Program-made: the position numbers and the translations under genes
The notes under the pieces: generated by a model
The model's database searches: none
Told to the model about the DNA's origin: nothing
The model's input: only the letters and a program-made list of their open reading frames with translations
Assembly (NCBI GenBank): GCA_048886685.1
Contig: JBHLKM010000004.1
Coordinates: forward strand, 18,486-82,485
DNA: 64,000 bases
Direction: 5' to 3'
From: Candidatus Hodarchaeota archaeon
GTDB lineage: Archaea; Asgardarchaeota; Lokiarchaeia; Sigyniarchaeales; SOKP01
Shown: positions 51,723 through 61,119 of the stretch, piece after piece
Layout of the letters: every line of letters begins with the position of its first letter
Numbering within the stretch: the stretch's first letter is position 1

Positions 51723-52007
51723 TTAATTATATAATCGATATAATTCGTCCAAATATTTCATTTGATCTCTTTTAGATAAAAAGGCTAGCTCTTTCTTCAA
51801 AATTTTTTTTTTCTCCTTTGAGATATCCAAATTTTTTAATTTTTCCCGAATTTCATTTGATAATACAGTAAAAATTCTCGAGAAATATTTTTTTATTTCT
51901 GAAATCTCTTCCAAATCTTTTTCATTTATATCCTCTTTAATTTTTATCACCAAATTTCTTCTAATTAAAGAAAGCAATAATGTTTTAATAAAAAATTTGG
52001 AGTCCAT
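51723..52007 (-). CDS. Small helical hypothetical protein
   Basis: 94-aa ORF downstream of the kinase gene. Confidence 0.55.
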   Translation of the reverse strand: MDSKFFIKTLLLSLIRRNLVIKIKEDINEKDLEEISEIKKYFSRIFTVLSNEIREKLKNLDISKEKKKILKKELAFLSKRDQMKYLDELYRLYN

Positions 52008-52054
52008 TTCTTGGATTTCTAGATACTAATAATTAATTGAATAACAAATTTGAT

Positions 52055-55000
52055 TTATAACTTCGGAATTGTAAAGGAGAAGGTACTTCCTTTATTTCTT
52101 CCTTCGGATTCAAGCCAAATTTTACCACCATGCAATTCAACAAGCTTTTTAGTGATATATAACCCCAGCCCAGTACCTTCAATAGCTACATCCCATCCTT
52201 GACCATATCTTTCAATTTTTCCGAATTGTTTAAAAACTTGATTTTTTTCTTCTTCAGTGAAACCAATACCATTATCTTTTACTGAGATAATATAAGAATC
52301 ATCATTAACCTTAGTCTCAATCGATATCGTCCCCCTTGGAGGTGTGTATTTGACAGCATTAAGAAGTAAATTTGAAATCACTTCATAAATCCTTTCTTTA
52401 TCAAACTTGGCTTCTATTTTATTATTAGGGTTAAATAAAATTGATTGATTTCGCAAGGTTGCTAAACCTTTTAACTCTTTTACACAGAAATTGATTAGGA
52501 AAGTTAAATCTTCATTCATTAAATTCAGTTTTAATTGGCCTTCTTCTAGTTTCGTGCTTTCTAATAACATATTTATTATTTTCTCTAGCCTTTTGCTCCC
52601 ATCTTTAATTTCTTTTAAAATTGAAATAGTCTCTGAATCTAATTTAGCTTTGTGCAGTGTTAATAAAAGTTCAGTAAATCCTTTAATTGAGATGAGAGGT
52701 GTTTTTAATTCGTGTGATGTCCTTGAAAATAACTCAGTCTTTAATTTGTTAATTTCATTTAAAGTAATGTTTTGTTTTTCCAAATCTCGTTGTACCTGCC
52801 ATCTCCTTTGTTCGATTTCAATTGCGTCACAAATTAAGAATAATACGAGTTTATCTTGACCAGATATGAAAGGATTATTACTATAAAAAACACATACCAT
52901 ATTATCCAATCCATCCTGAGATTTAATTATTTTTCCAAAACAACCATTAAAATTACCATTTTTGATAAAAGGATCTGATTCAGTATACCTTTGATTATTA
53001 ATATTAGAAAATTGTTGAGGAAAATCATGGCCTTCTTTAAATAATTCACTGATGAAAAGATTTTCATAAAATTCTTTGGAATTGTAAAAGAAAGTCTCAT
53101 TATCAGACGTTATTATCTGGTATCTTTCTTGTCCAGCAGACTCAATTTTATGAGCGTAGATAATAAGATCACCATTAAGCAATTTAAGCCCTGTATTAAG
53201 CAATAATTCAATGTTATTCCTAATATCTGCTGTGAAATTCAAGAAATTGGTGTTCAACTCGTATATAAGTTCTTCATACATTTTTTTTTCAGTTATATCA
53301 TCCAACCAAACTCTTATACTTATAATTTCACCATTTTCATCAAAATTAGGAATTCTTTTACCTGCTAACCATTTTAATCTCCCTTGTTTATCAAAAATTC
53401 GAAATTCTAATTCTGATTCTTCATTGGATCTTAAAAGTTTAGATAAATCTTTTGGATACATGAGTTTATTTAAAAATATTTCTTCATTTAGTTCCTCTCT
53501 ATTATAACCAATTATATCTGACAATTTTGGATTAATAAAAGTCATTTTATGATTAATTACATCAAGTTCAATGACCCCTACTGAAGATGTTTCTAACAAA
53601 TCACGATACTTTTCCTCACTTCTCTTTAATGCTTCCTCAGCTTTTTTTTGTGTTGTTATATCGTAGATAACTGAAAGAATAAAAGTTTCTGTTTTCATAG
53701 GAACTAAGCTTGAAGTAACACGAACCCAGATGGTATGATTATCTTTATGTTTAATTGGAAACTCTATATATTCTAATCTATTATCACCAAATAGATCTTT
53801 AAATCCGTCTTGAAGAATTTCTAACGCATTATCTTTATAAAAATTTAAATTCAAGAAATTCTTTCCAATAAACTCTTTTATTGGATAACCAGACATACTT
53901 TCTATTGAAGAATTACATTCTAAAATTGTACCGTTTAGATCCGAAAGTATTACACCGTTTGGAGAAGTTTCAAATAAATTATGATATTTTTCTTCAGATT
54001 CAATTACTTTTTGATCTGCCTCCTTTCTTTCGGTGATATCTTGAATAATAACTTGAAAAATCATTTCATTTTCAATGTGAAATATTGACGCTTGATAAGA
54101 AATCCAAGCTTTAGATTTATCCTTCCTATAAAGTTGAATTTCTTTTGGCGTAATATTTTTTTCTTTTAGTAAAACCTTGAAGTCTTCTAAAACCAATGGT
54201 AAGTATTCTTTCGGTATAAATGATATTTCTTGAAAATTCTTTCCAATTAATTCACTTTTTTCAAATCCAGAGAGTTCTTTAGATCTGAAATTGCAATCTA
54301 ATATATCTCCTTTAGTGTTAAATAAAAGAATTGCATAAGGAGAATTCTCGTATAAATGACGGAATTTTTCTTCAGATTCTTTTAATTTTTGTTCTGTAAA
54401 CTTTCTTTCTGTTATATCTATAATAGAAACAATAACTTTTGACCATGTGTCCTCAAATCCAGGCACTATTGATGTCTTAGCATAAAGATATATATCTTCT
54501 CCTGTGAGTGTTTTAGTAGCAATTTCCGATTCATATATCTCCTCACCATTTATTAAAGATAATATTTCCATTTTGTTATCTAAAAATATTTCTTCAGTCA
54601 TTTTATTTTCTTGACTTTCACAAAGCTGATTCATTCTAAGAATGAAATCTTCTTTATTATGGGCTTTATATACCTCCAAAATTTTCCGATTTACATCAAT
54701 TACTTTAACTTTAGTAATAAAATTTAGAATTTCCTCAGGATTATCATCGAAATATTTCTCAAAACCAGTAATCCCAGATGCTTTTAAATGATCAACATAC
54801 GTCTTCATCTCTGAATAATCTTGGTCCATCAGAGCAATTGGAGAATTTTCAAACAATTTGCGATATTTCTCTTCTGATGCTTTTAAAGCTTCTTCAGCTT
54901 TTTTTCTATCAGTAATATCTTTAAATGTTACTGCAAAAAATCCTTTCTTTGGAGAATATCCTGAAACTTTGTACCATCGATCAATAGCCTCAGAATAATC

Positions 55001-56428
55001 TTCAACTGTTAATGGAACACCTGTGAGCCCGACATTCCCAAACTTACCTATCCAATCTGCAGGATCATTCTCTATTCCAGGAATTGCTTCTGTTACTCTT
55101 TTTCCTATTAAATCTTCTTTTTTTAGGCCAGTTAGATTTTCAAAGGCGGGATTTACTTCATGATATACATAATCGATAGGTTGATTGTTTTCATTAACAA
55201 TTACTTCGTGATACGCGAATCCTGCATTCATATTTTCGAATAAAGAACGATATTTTTCTTCTGATTCTTTTAATCTCTGTTCAGCATTAATTTTATCAGT
55301 GATATCAACAGACATTACTAAATCAGCAGGTCTTCCCTTATATTTAATTGTCTTTGAAAAGTTCTCAATCCATCGTACTTCACCTGTTTTAGTTATTATT
55401 CGATACTTATGGTGTTGAACAACATCTTTTTCACCTATCTGCTTTTTTCTAACTTGTTCCATCACAAATTCTTTATCATCCGGATGAATTAACTTAGCAA
55501 ATTCATAAGGTTCCCAATTTTGGATTTCTTCGAAGGAATATTCATTTAATTTTCTAGCTTGTTCATTAAAATATTTAAAAAGACCATCCTGTATTATAAT
55601 TATGCCCATAAATGATTGTTCAGCAATGGTACGAAATATTTCTTCAGATTCTTTTAATTCTTGTTCTTTTAAAATCATTTCATTTATATCATTTATTGTT
55701 CCTCGTATACCGACGATATTACCGTTATTATAAACGGGTCTGGAATGAATTCTGGCATAAAAGTTACTTCCATCCTTCTTATAAAGCAAATATTCGTCAG
55801 GATCAGTCGATTTACCTTCGAAAATCTTTTTAATTTTGGAGAAAGCTTTTTCTTTATATTCTGGATCAATCAATTCAACTATATTTATACCACAGTTCAA
55901 ATCTTTTTGTGTATAACCAAATTTTTTAAAGGCAACAGAATTAACGTAAGTAAGATTCAAATCTAAATTTGCTTCGTATATTATGTCTGGTAAAAGTTCA
56001 ACCAAATCTCGATATTGTTCTTCAGATTTTTTTAATTTTTGTTCAAGAAAATATTTGTCTGAGATATCAATAATCGTCCCTTCAGTCGCTATAGGATTCC
56101 CATTTTCGTTTTTAATTAAATGAGAATTTCCTTGAATGATAATTTTTTCTCCTGTAACTTTTATAGCAGGGACAACATAATTTTTAACATATCCGTTTTT
56201 CTTCAATACTTCAATGAATCTTTCTCTATCCTCGGAATTGTACCAAAAATCAAAAGATTTCGTCCCTACCAAATTTTCATTAGGATTTATACCGAAAATT
56301 TCATTAAATTTAGGATTATGGCGGGAGATTATTCCATCCAAACCTACTCTAAAAAATCCGACATCGAGATTATAAACAATGTTTTTATATTCTTTTTCTA
56401 TATCGAAATTCTTCTCATTAGAAATCAT
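52055..56428 (-). CDS. Cytoplasmic multi-PAS sensor histidine kinase
   Basis: About 8 PAS/PAC units (DITERK..ESEEKYR linkers), SHELKTPL H-box, NLLLNAVKY, DNGIG, GTGLGL. Confidence 0.93.
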   Translation of the reverse strand: MISNEKNFDIEKEYKNIVYNLDVGFFRVGLDGIISRHNPKFNEIFGINPNENLVGTKSFDFWYNSEDRERFIEVLKKNGYVKNYVVPAIKVTGEKIIIQGNSHLIKNENGNPIATEGTIIDISDKYFLEQKLKKSEEQYRDLVELLPDIIYEANLDLNLTYVNSVAFKKFGYTQKDLNCGINIVELIDPEYKEKAFSKIKKIFEGKSTDPDEYLLYKKDGSNFYARIHSRPVYNNGNIVGIRGTINDINEMILKEQELKESEEIFRTIAEQSFMGIIIIQDGLFKYFNEQARKLNEYSFEEIQNWEPYEFAKLIHPDDKEFVMEQVRKKQIGEKDVVQHHKYRIITKTGEVRWIENFSKTIKYKGRPADLVMSVDITDKINAEQRLKESEEKYRSLFENMNAGFAYHEVIVNENNQPIDYVYHEVNPAFENLTGLKKEDLIGKRVTEAIPGIENDPADWIGKFGNVGLTGVPLTVEDYSEAIDRWYKVSGYSPKKGFFAVTFKDITDRKKAEEALKASEEKYRKLFENSPIALMDQDYSEMKTYVDHLKASGITGFEKYFDDNPEEILNFITKVKVIDVNRKILEVYKAHNKEDFILRMNQLCESQENKMTEEIFLDNKMEILSLINGEEIYESEIATKTLTGEDIYLYAKTSIVPGFEDTWSKVIVSIIDITERKFTEQKLKESEEKFRHLYENSPYAILLFNTKGDILDCNFRSKELSGFEKSELIGKNFQEISFIPKEYLPLVLEDFKVLLKEKNITPKEIQLYRKDKSKAWISYQASIFHIENEMIFQVIIQDITERKEADQKVIESEEKYHNLFETSPNGVILSDLNGTILECNSSIESMSGYPIKEFIGKNFLNLNFYKDNALEILQDGFKDLFGDNRLEYIEFPIKHKDNHTIWVRVTSSLVPMKTETFILSVIYDITTQKKAEEALKRSEEKYRDLLETSSVGVIELDVINHKMTFINPKLSDIIGYNREELNEEIFLNKLMYPKDLSKLLRSNEESELEFRIFDKQGRLKWLAGKRIPNFDENGEIISIRVWLDDITEKKMYEELIYELNTNFLNFTADIRNNIELLLNTGLKLLNGDLIIYAHKIESAGQERYQIITSDNETFFYNSKEFYENLFISELFKEGHDFPQQFSNINNQRYTESDPFIKNGNFNGCFGKIIKSQDGLDNMVCVFYSNNPFISGQDKLVLFLICDAIEIEQRRWQVQRDLEKQNITLNEINKLKTELFSRTSHELKTPLISIKGFTELLLTLHKAKLDSETISILKEIKDGSKRLEKIINMLLESTKLEEGQLKLNLMNEDLTFLINFCVKELKGLATLRNQSILFNPNNKIEAKFDKERIYEVISNLLLNAVKYTPPRGTISIETKVNDDSYIISVKDNGIGFTEEEKNQVFKQFGKIERYGQGWDVAIEGTGLGLYITKKLVELHGGKIWLESEGRNKGSTFSFTIPKL

Positions 56429-56651
56429 TTACAAAACACCAAAAAAATAAAAAGTTGTAAAATTCCACATATTTCTTTAGTAAATTCGATGATATTTCAT
56501 TAGTATAAAAATCTTTATTTATACCTTATTCTATCACACTAAATTCGTAATATTTATATACACAAATGTATCCAATTTATTGAATTAAGTTAGAAAGTAC
56601 TAGGGTCAAACTAAAAAGAAAATAAAGATGTACGTTTTTATTTAAAATTTA

Positions 56652-57659
56652 CTATAATATATATTTCTTTAAGAACTCATTATTTTCTATTTCGGAAAAA
56701 ATCTCTTTACTAAGATCTTGATAGTCTTTCCCATATATTACTTTACCTTTAGATTCCTCCAAGTCGGAATATCTCAATGTAAGTGATGCTGCAAATTTTA
56801 AAGATTCTTCATTAATTTCGTCTTGAATAATAGTTATTGGACCAGGAATATCTGGAACCTCCATTATTAAATCACTTGGTTTCTTAAGTTGAAGTAGCAT
56901 GTTATTTTCAATTTCATTCCTGCCTACGATAATTTTAACTTTATTAAATCGAAAATGTCTGCCATACTTTAATATATCTATATCTTCTAACTTTAAAGTA
57001 TTATTAAATTCTAAAGAATCCCTCATTCGGTTTGAAAAATTAATGTCTGTTAATAAACATCCACCACATGCAAAATAATCCTCCAATAATCCGTGATCTC
57101 TGGCTAATTCTAACTGTATTTTTCTACTCCTCCCCTTTATTCCCAATAATTTTGTTCTATCTATTAATCCTTTTTCTTCATATATCGTTGGTGTTAACTG
57201 AAGGGCAGATAAAGGTCTTAAAAGTTTCCCCTCCAGTCCAGATTCCTTTTCCACAATCCTAAGTGCTTTCATATGTTGAGACTTTGGTCGTTGATTTAGA
57301 ACTTCACCAGTAAATATAAAATCTGCTTTTATTTTCTTCAAATATTCTTTAGCTTTTTTTAAAATATAAATTCGACAATCTACGCAAGGATTTAAGTTTC
57401 TTCCATAACCAAATTTAGGACTTCGGATAATATCTAAAAAATCATCACCTAACGACAAAGTATGTACTTTTATTCCTAGTTTTTCACGAAAGTTATCAAA
57501 GTTTGATTCATATTGACAAAATGGAGATTTAAAGTTCAGTCCGATTACTTCGATTCCTTGTTGTTTTATTAATAAACATGCCGTTAGACTATCTAATCCC
57601 CCCGAGACTAACCCAAGTCCGACTAAATTATCTTTTTTCCTAATTTCAATATCCTCCAT
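56652..57659 (-). CDS. PP-loop tRNA thiouridylase (ThiI/MnmA-like) with C-terminal DUF814-like domain
   Basis: SGGLDS, NPCVDCR, TGEVLNQRPKSQ, GGCLLTD, GRHFR..GRNEIEN. Confidence 0.8.
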   Translation of the reverse strand: MEDIEIRKKDNLVGLGLVSGGLDSLTACLLIKQQGIEVIGLNFKSPFCQYESNFDNFREKLGIKVHTLSLGDDFLDIIRSPKFGYGRNLNPCVDCRIYILKKAKEYLKKIKADFIFTGEVLNQRPKSQHMKALRIVEKESGLEGKLLRPLSALQLTPTIYEEKGLIDRTKLLGIKGRSRKIQLELARDHGLLEDYFACGGCLLTDINFSNRMRDSLEFNNTLKLEDIDILKYGRHFRFNKVKIIVGRNEIENNMLLQLKKPSDLIMEVPDIPGPITIIQDEINEESLKFAASLTLRYSDLEESKGKVIYGKDYQDLSKEIFSEIENNEFLKKYIL

Positions 57660-57671
57660 CTTTACATGTCT

Positions 57672-57926
57672 CTAAATTTTTTTAATTAAAAGAATCCATA
57701 TTTTTTTCTCATTATCTACTTCTTTAATATTCATTAATTCCCCAATATTTTGTTGTTTACAATTATCAGGAACATTTTTTACAGCAGCTGGAAAATCTAA
57801 TGTTAATTCTAAAAATTCACCAGGATTCATTTTTTCTAGTGCTAATTTAGTATAGACAAATGTCATTGGGCATACTTTTCCTCGTATATCTAATTTATGG
57901 ATTTTATTATTATTCAAAACAAGCAT
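57672..57926 (-). CDS. tusA: TusA-family sulfur carrier
   Basis: LDIRGKVCPMTFV..L..M..GE.LE. Confidence 0.88.
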   Translation of the reverse strand: MLVLNNNKIHKLDIRGKVCPMTFVYTKLALEKMNPGEFLELTLDFPAAVKNVPDNCKQQNIGELMNIKEVDNEKKIWILLIKKI

Positions 57927-58728
57927 CTCCTATCTTATATTCATGTGTTTCAACAAGATCAATGGCATTATCTCCACATGCTAAGCAAGCTTCATTTCTA
58001 GCAAGTTTAATAAAGTTAAATCTATATTTTAATAAATCTAAAAATAACATTCTGTTAATAATCAAATCTCCTATTCCTAAAATATATTTAATTGCTTCAT
58101 TCGCCTGGATACATCCAACAATCCCAGGAATTAAACCAATTATACCTGCTTGAGAACAGGACATGGATGGTTCATTTTCTGTTATATCTCCAAAAATACA
58201 TCTGTAACATGCTGTTTCTTCATCAGGTATGATTGTCATAATTTGACCATTAAATCGTACGACTCCTGCTATTGTAAAGGGAATTCCAAGATTAATACAT
58301 GCGTCATTGATTAGCATCTTTGTTGGAATATTATCTGTTCCATCTATGACAAAATCAGAACCTTTTAAAAGTTCTTTGATATTCTCAGGTAATAGAACTT
58401 CATTCTTTGTTTCTATTTTGACATCAGGATTTAATTTATGTAATTTCTCAAACGCGCTTTCAGTTTTTAATTTATTTACATCTTCAGTAGAATGGAGGAT
58501 TTGTCTATGTAAATTTGATATATCAACATTATCAAAATCTATAAGTTTTATAGTTCCTACTCCCGCCGCAGTTAAATAATAAGCAACTGGAGAACCAAGA
58601 CCTCCACATCCAATAATAGTAACTTTTGAATTCAATAATTTTCTTTGTCCAACTCCTCCAATTTCCTTTAAAACAATTTGTCGAGAATACCTTTCTATTT
58701 GTTCGTTAGTAAAATCCATAAAAATCAA
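57910..58728 (-). CDS. ThiF/MoeB/UbaA E1-like adenylyltransferase
   Basis: RYSRQ, GCGGLG, SNLHRQ, CYRC, SCSQAG, CLAC. Confidence 0.93.
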   Translation of the reverse strand: MIFMDFTNEQIERYSRQIVLKEIGGVGQRKLLNSKVTIIGCGGLGSPVAYYLTAAGVGTIKLIDFDNVDISNLHRQILHSTEDVNKLKTESAFEKLHKLNPDVKIETKNEVLLPENIKELLKGSDFVIDGTDNIPTKMLINDACINLGIPFTIAGVVRFNGQIMTIIPDEETACYRCIFGDITENEPSMSCSQAGIIGLIPGIVGCIQANEAIKYILGIGDLIINRMLFLDLLKYRFNFIKLARNEACLACGDNAIDLVETHEYKIGDACFE

Positions 58729-58920
58729 GTTTTGATCCTAATTTTTTAAAATTGCTAAAAATTAGTATAACAGTTAAAAGATTATTATTCTATAACACAA
58801 AAAATTTTGAACCATTTATTTTTTATCTTAATTTTTTATAACTGTATTCTATAAGATATTAAGGCAAAACTTAAATTAAGTTTATGAATAACCTATTAAA
58901 ATCAATAGAGAGTTGATTAA

Positions 58921-59286
58921 ATGGGAAAGGTTTCAAAAGTTTTATTGCTATTAAAAGATATGATATATGAATCAACAAGTCCATTAGAAATAATTCGATT
59001 TGCTAAATATTATAAAAATAAAGGACTTGATGTGACTATTGTCCTTTGGGGACCAATGGGAATTATCCTTGGAAAAAAGAATAAAATTGGGAGAATGCAA
59101 TATGATGATGAAATATTGGAATGCCTGAACATAGGGATAAATTTCAAGTGTTGTGATCTTGCTGCTAACCTTATTGGTTTAGATAAATCTGAATTGATTG
59201 AAGGTATTGAATTAGTCGAATCATATGTAGTTGCTGATTTATTATTACAATATCAAGAAGAAGGACAATTGATTTTCTCACTATAA
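58921..59286 (+). CDS. DsrE-family protein
   Basis: VTIVLWGPMG..CCDLAA..LIEG. Confidence 0.7.
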   Translation: MGKVSKVLLLLKDMIYESTSPLEIIRFAKYYKNKGLDVTIVLWGPMGIILGKKNKIGRMQYDDEILECLNIGINFKCCDLAANLIGLDKSELIEGIELVESYVVADLLLQYQEEGQLIFSL

Positions 59287-59316
59287 AAGAAGTTAGAAAT
59301 AATTCAAAGATCCTTA

Positions 59317-60252
59317 TTAATAATGATCCACTTCTGGATGTACTTCATTAACAAATTCAAAATTAAAAATCTTCTCACGCGTAAGCTTTTCTTTAATGTA
59401 GCCTAATCTGTGCATAGTATTGATAAATCCTTCTGTTGATTTTAAATATCCTTCTGAAAGAGCTATGCAATATTTAGGAGAGATTTCAAGTACAGCTTTT
59501 ACATATTGCTTTTGGTTATTGAGAATTGTAAAAGTTCTTGATATCGTCTCTGCTGCTTTATCTTGAGATTCTCTGAGCAAAAAAGAGGCTTTCTTATGAT
59601 GTTTAAGGAATATAATCACCAATTCGGGATAATCCTCTATTAAAGATTCATGGAAAAAAATGCCGTAGCTAGGATTATTTGCTAATAAATAATGTGCTGG
59701 AATTACTAAATGAGAATTTAAAATCGTTCTTGCAAAAACTGCTAACGCAGGAGTTCCTACACCTCCTTCTAATATACCCCTTTTCATATCAATTGCTATG
59801 AATTCAGCTTGTTTGTAATTTTTTACTTTGATATCATTTTTTAAATTGTGTTTTTCTAAATAGTAGTTGAGGATTGCGTCATGTATAGAGCCAATACTTG
59901 GAGTTCCTATAGAAACTCCTTTAAATTGGAGGAGAGTTTCATAGATACTGTCATCTAAATGTGATATAGGTTTATGGTTTGGTTTACCAATCATAATTGT
60001 TCCCTCTACATGACCCCCAGCGACACACTTGATAGGAACTGAATTGTCTATTCCTATTATCGCAGGGGGTAATCCCATATAACCTATATCCAATTCACCT
60101 TTTTTAAAAGCTTCTACCATAAGGGGTCCCGTGCCGAATAGAAACCATTTAACCTTAATTTTCAAGTCTCTTTCCAGCTTATCATCTCCCATTAAAATAA
60201 AATTTGTATGATATGCCGTTGAAAGATGACCAATCCTTAATTCTTTTTTTAT
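59317..60252 (-). CDS. SsuA/NMT1(THI5)-like type II binding-fold protein without signal peptide
   Basis: GPLMVEAF..GELDIGYMGLPPAI, GSIHD; the frame extends upstream of ATG 60192 as IKKELRIGHLSTAYH. Confidence 0.8.
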   Translation of the reverse strand: MKKELRIGHLSTAYHTNFILMGDDKLERDLKIKVKWFLFGTGPLMVEAFKKGELDIGYMGLPPAIIGIDNSVPIKCVAGGHVEGTIMIGKPNHKPISHLDDSIYETLLQFKGVSIGTPSIGSIHDAILNYYLEKHNLKNDIKVKNYKQAEFIAIDMKRGILEGGVGTPALAVFARTILNSHLVIPAHYLLANNPSYGIFFHESLIEDYPELVIIFLKHHKKASFLLRESQDKAAETISRTFTILNNQKQYVKAVLEISPKYCIALSEGYLKSTEGFINTMHRLGYIKEKLTREKIFNFEFVNEVHPEVDHY

Positions 60253-60391
60253 GATAAAATTCCCTTATTTTAATTATTTAAAATTATCAACAATGCTATT
60301 CCCATTTAATAATTATAATCTAAAATATTAAGTTATTTAATTGCATTTATGAAAATATATAAGTTAAAATCTCAATTTAAACTGTTAACTT

Positions 60392-60679
60392 TTGCTTAAT
60401 GTAAAAATAATATTTTTATCTGTTTTGGTTGACATTACTGAAATCGAGGAATTAACTCTTCCTATAGATGATGGATCGAATATAAGAAATATATTGAAAC
60501 AGCTAACTTCAAAATTTGGGAAGAAATTTGAAGAAATGATTTTTATAGCTTCAGAAGATTTAAGTAAATATGTAATAATTACAATCAATGGAAAAGACAT
60601 TCGTACTTTAGATGGGCTTAACACAAAAATACAGCCAAATGATGAAATTTCTTTTATACCAGCTATCGCAGGAGGATAG
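60392..60679 (+). CDS. MoaD/ThiS/SAMP ubiquitin-like sulfur carrier
   Basis: INGKDI..DGLNT..DEISFIPAIAGG C-terminal diglycine. Confidence 0.9.
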   Translation: MLNVKIIFLSVLVDITEIEELTLPIDDGSNIRNILKQLTSKFGKKFEEMIFIASEDLSKYVIITINGKDIRTLDGLNTKIQPNDEISFIPAIAGG

Positions 60680-60769
60680 TGAAAGCAAGTTTTTTAAATA
60701 GAAAAGCTAAAAAAAAATCGAGAATAAATATAAATATCTAAAAAAATTTAAAAACTCAAACTTAATTAA

Positions 60770-60851
60770 GCCAGCGTATCCGAGTAGTTAAGGAGGCGGC
60801 CTGCAGAGCCGTTGCTTTTCAGCATCGTGGGTGCAAATCCCACCGCTGGCT
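60770..60851 (+). tRNA. tRNA-Cys(GCA) with long variable arm
   Basis: Acceptor stem GCCAGCG/CGCTGGC, anticodon arm GCGGC-CTGCAGA-GCCGT, T arm GTGGG-TGCAAAT-CCCAC, U73 discriminator, G37; CCA not encoded. Confidence 0.92.
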
Positions 60852-61119
60852 CTTATATCTTCATTTCAAGACCAATAAACCTTGAATTCATAACTATAAA
60901 TATTGGTCTACGGATCTCTTTTATTGTTCTTATTATATACTTAATTAAAAAAAAGAAAAAATAAAGAGTGATAAAACTGAAAAAAGGACCAGTTTGCTAT
61001 GTTTATTATGCGATAAAAAATAAGCGTCAATCAAAATTAAAAGAACAGAAAAAAATTCCAGAAGAGAAAGAAATATTCTCTCAAACCGAAATATATTTTA
61101 CTAATCAATAAGATTGTTC

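Noticed and set aside
52055-56428. Recurring ttcttcagattc/gatatc-type DNA repeats as a possible CRISPR or tandem array
   Set aside because: They are the coding repeats of PAS linkers (DITE..ESEEKYR), degenerate and spaced by hundreds of bases
60770-60851. tRNA-Sec interpretation because of the long variable arm
   Set aside because: The anticodon is GCA, not TCA; the acceptor/T stems are the canonical 7/5; the discriminator is U
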